This document shows positions 32,490 through 32,590 of a stretch of DNA of 32,590 nucleotides, one piece after another. Each line of letters opens with the position of its first letter. The stretch's first letter is position 1. This DNA comes from a virus (lineage: Duplodnaviria > Caudoviricetes): IMG/VR virus record IMGVR_UViG_3300020120_000177, positions 1-32,590 of that record. The stretch is one strand, 5' to 3'. Below the pieces are notes generated by a model. The model was not told where the DNA came from, searched no databases, and saw only the letters and a program-made list of their open reading frames with translations. The position numbers and the translations under genes were made by a program.

Positions 32490-32590
32490 CCGCCCGGGCG
32501 CTGGAGGCCGTCGAAGGGCGACCACCGACGACTGCCGAGGGACGGGCCCGCGCCCTCGAGCGCGCCCGGCTTCGCAACCTCGCCCTGGCC
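32486..32590 (+). CDS. 3'-truncated early protein
   Basis: ATGA-coupled to cro; MTARALEAVEGRPPTTAEGRARALERARLRNLALA runs off the window end. Confidence 0.6.
   Translation, partial: MTARALEAVEGRPPTTAEGRARALERARLRNLALA

Larger units (their letters stand above)
1..32590. mobile_element. Temperate tailed phage, near-complete, apparently in the excised (attP-containing) form
   Basis: Canonical terS-terL-portal-scaffold-capsid-neck-tail-tape measure order, plus a repressor/cro switch and a serine integrase. No host housekeeping genes. No sheath or baseplate wedge genes. Confidence 0.96.

Overview
The window is most of the genome of a high-GC temperate tailed phage with a siphovirus-type tail. The host cannot be fixed from sequence; Actinomycetota or Chloroflexota are the likeliest. 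It starts inside an Ala-Ala-Trp/Glu repeat gene and ends just after cro, so the replication genes are missing. The + strand carries, in order: (1) an overlapping early operon (RuvC-like nuclease, NDT-like protein, HerA-like ATPase, Mom-like GNAT protein, N4/N6 DNA methyltransferase, large serine recombinase, DUF4326); (2) a lysis block of membrane proteins around a papain-like C1A protease; (3) HNH, terS, terL, portal, scaffold, major capsid, neck, tail tube, frameshifted tail chaperone, tape measure and tail-tip/fibre genes. The window ends with a - strand membrane protein and Xre repressor and a divergent cro. The best lead is an apparent attP inside the 3' end of the serine recombinase gene: an inverted repeat centred on GG 7813-7814, plus a 16-nt copy of a tRNA-Pro 3' end. 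Integration would replace the recombinase's last 36 aa and cut the early operon from the late genes. The second lead is a papain-family protease in the endolysin slot, with no recognisable peptidoglycan hydrolase in the window. All family calls come from motif recognition by eye, not database searches.
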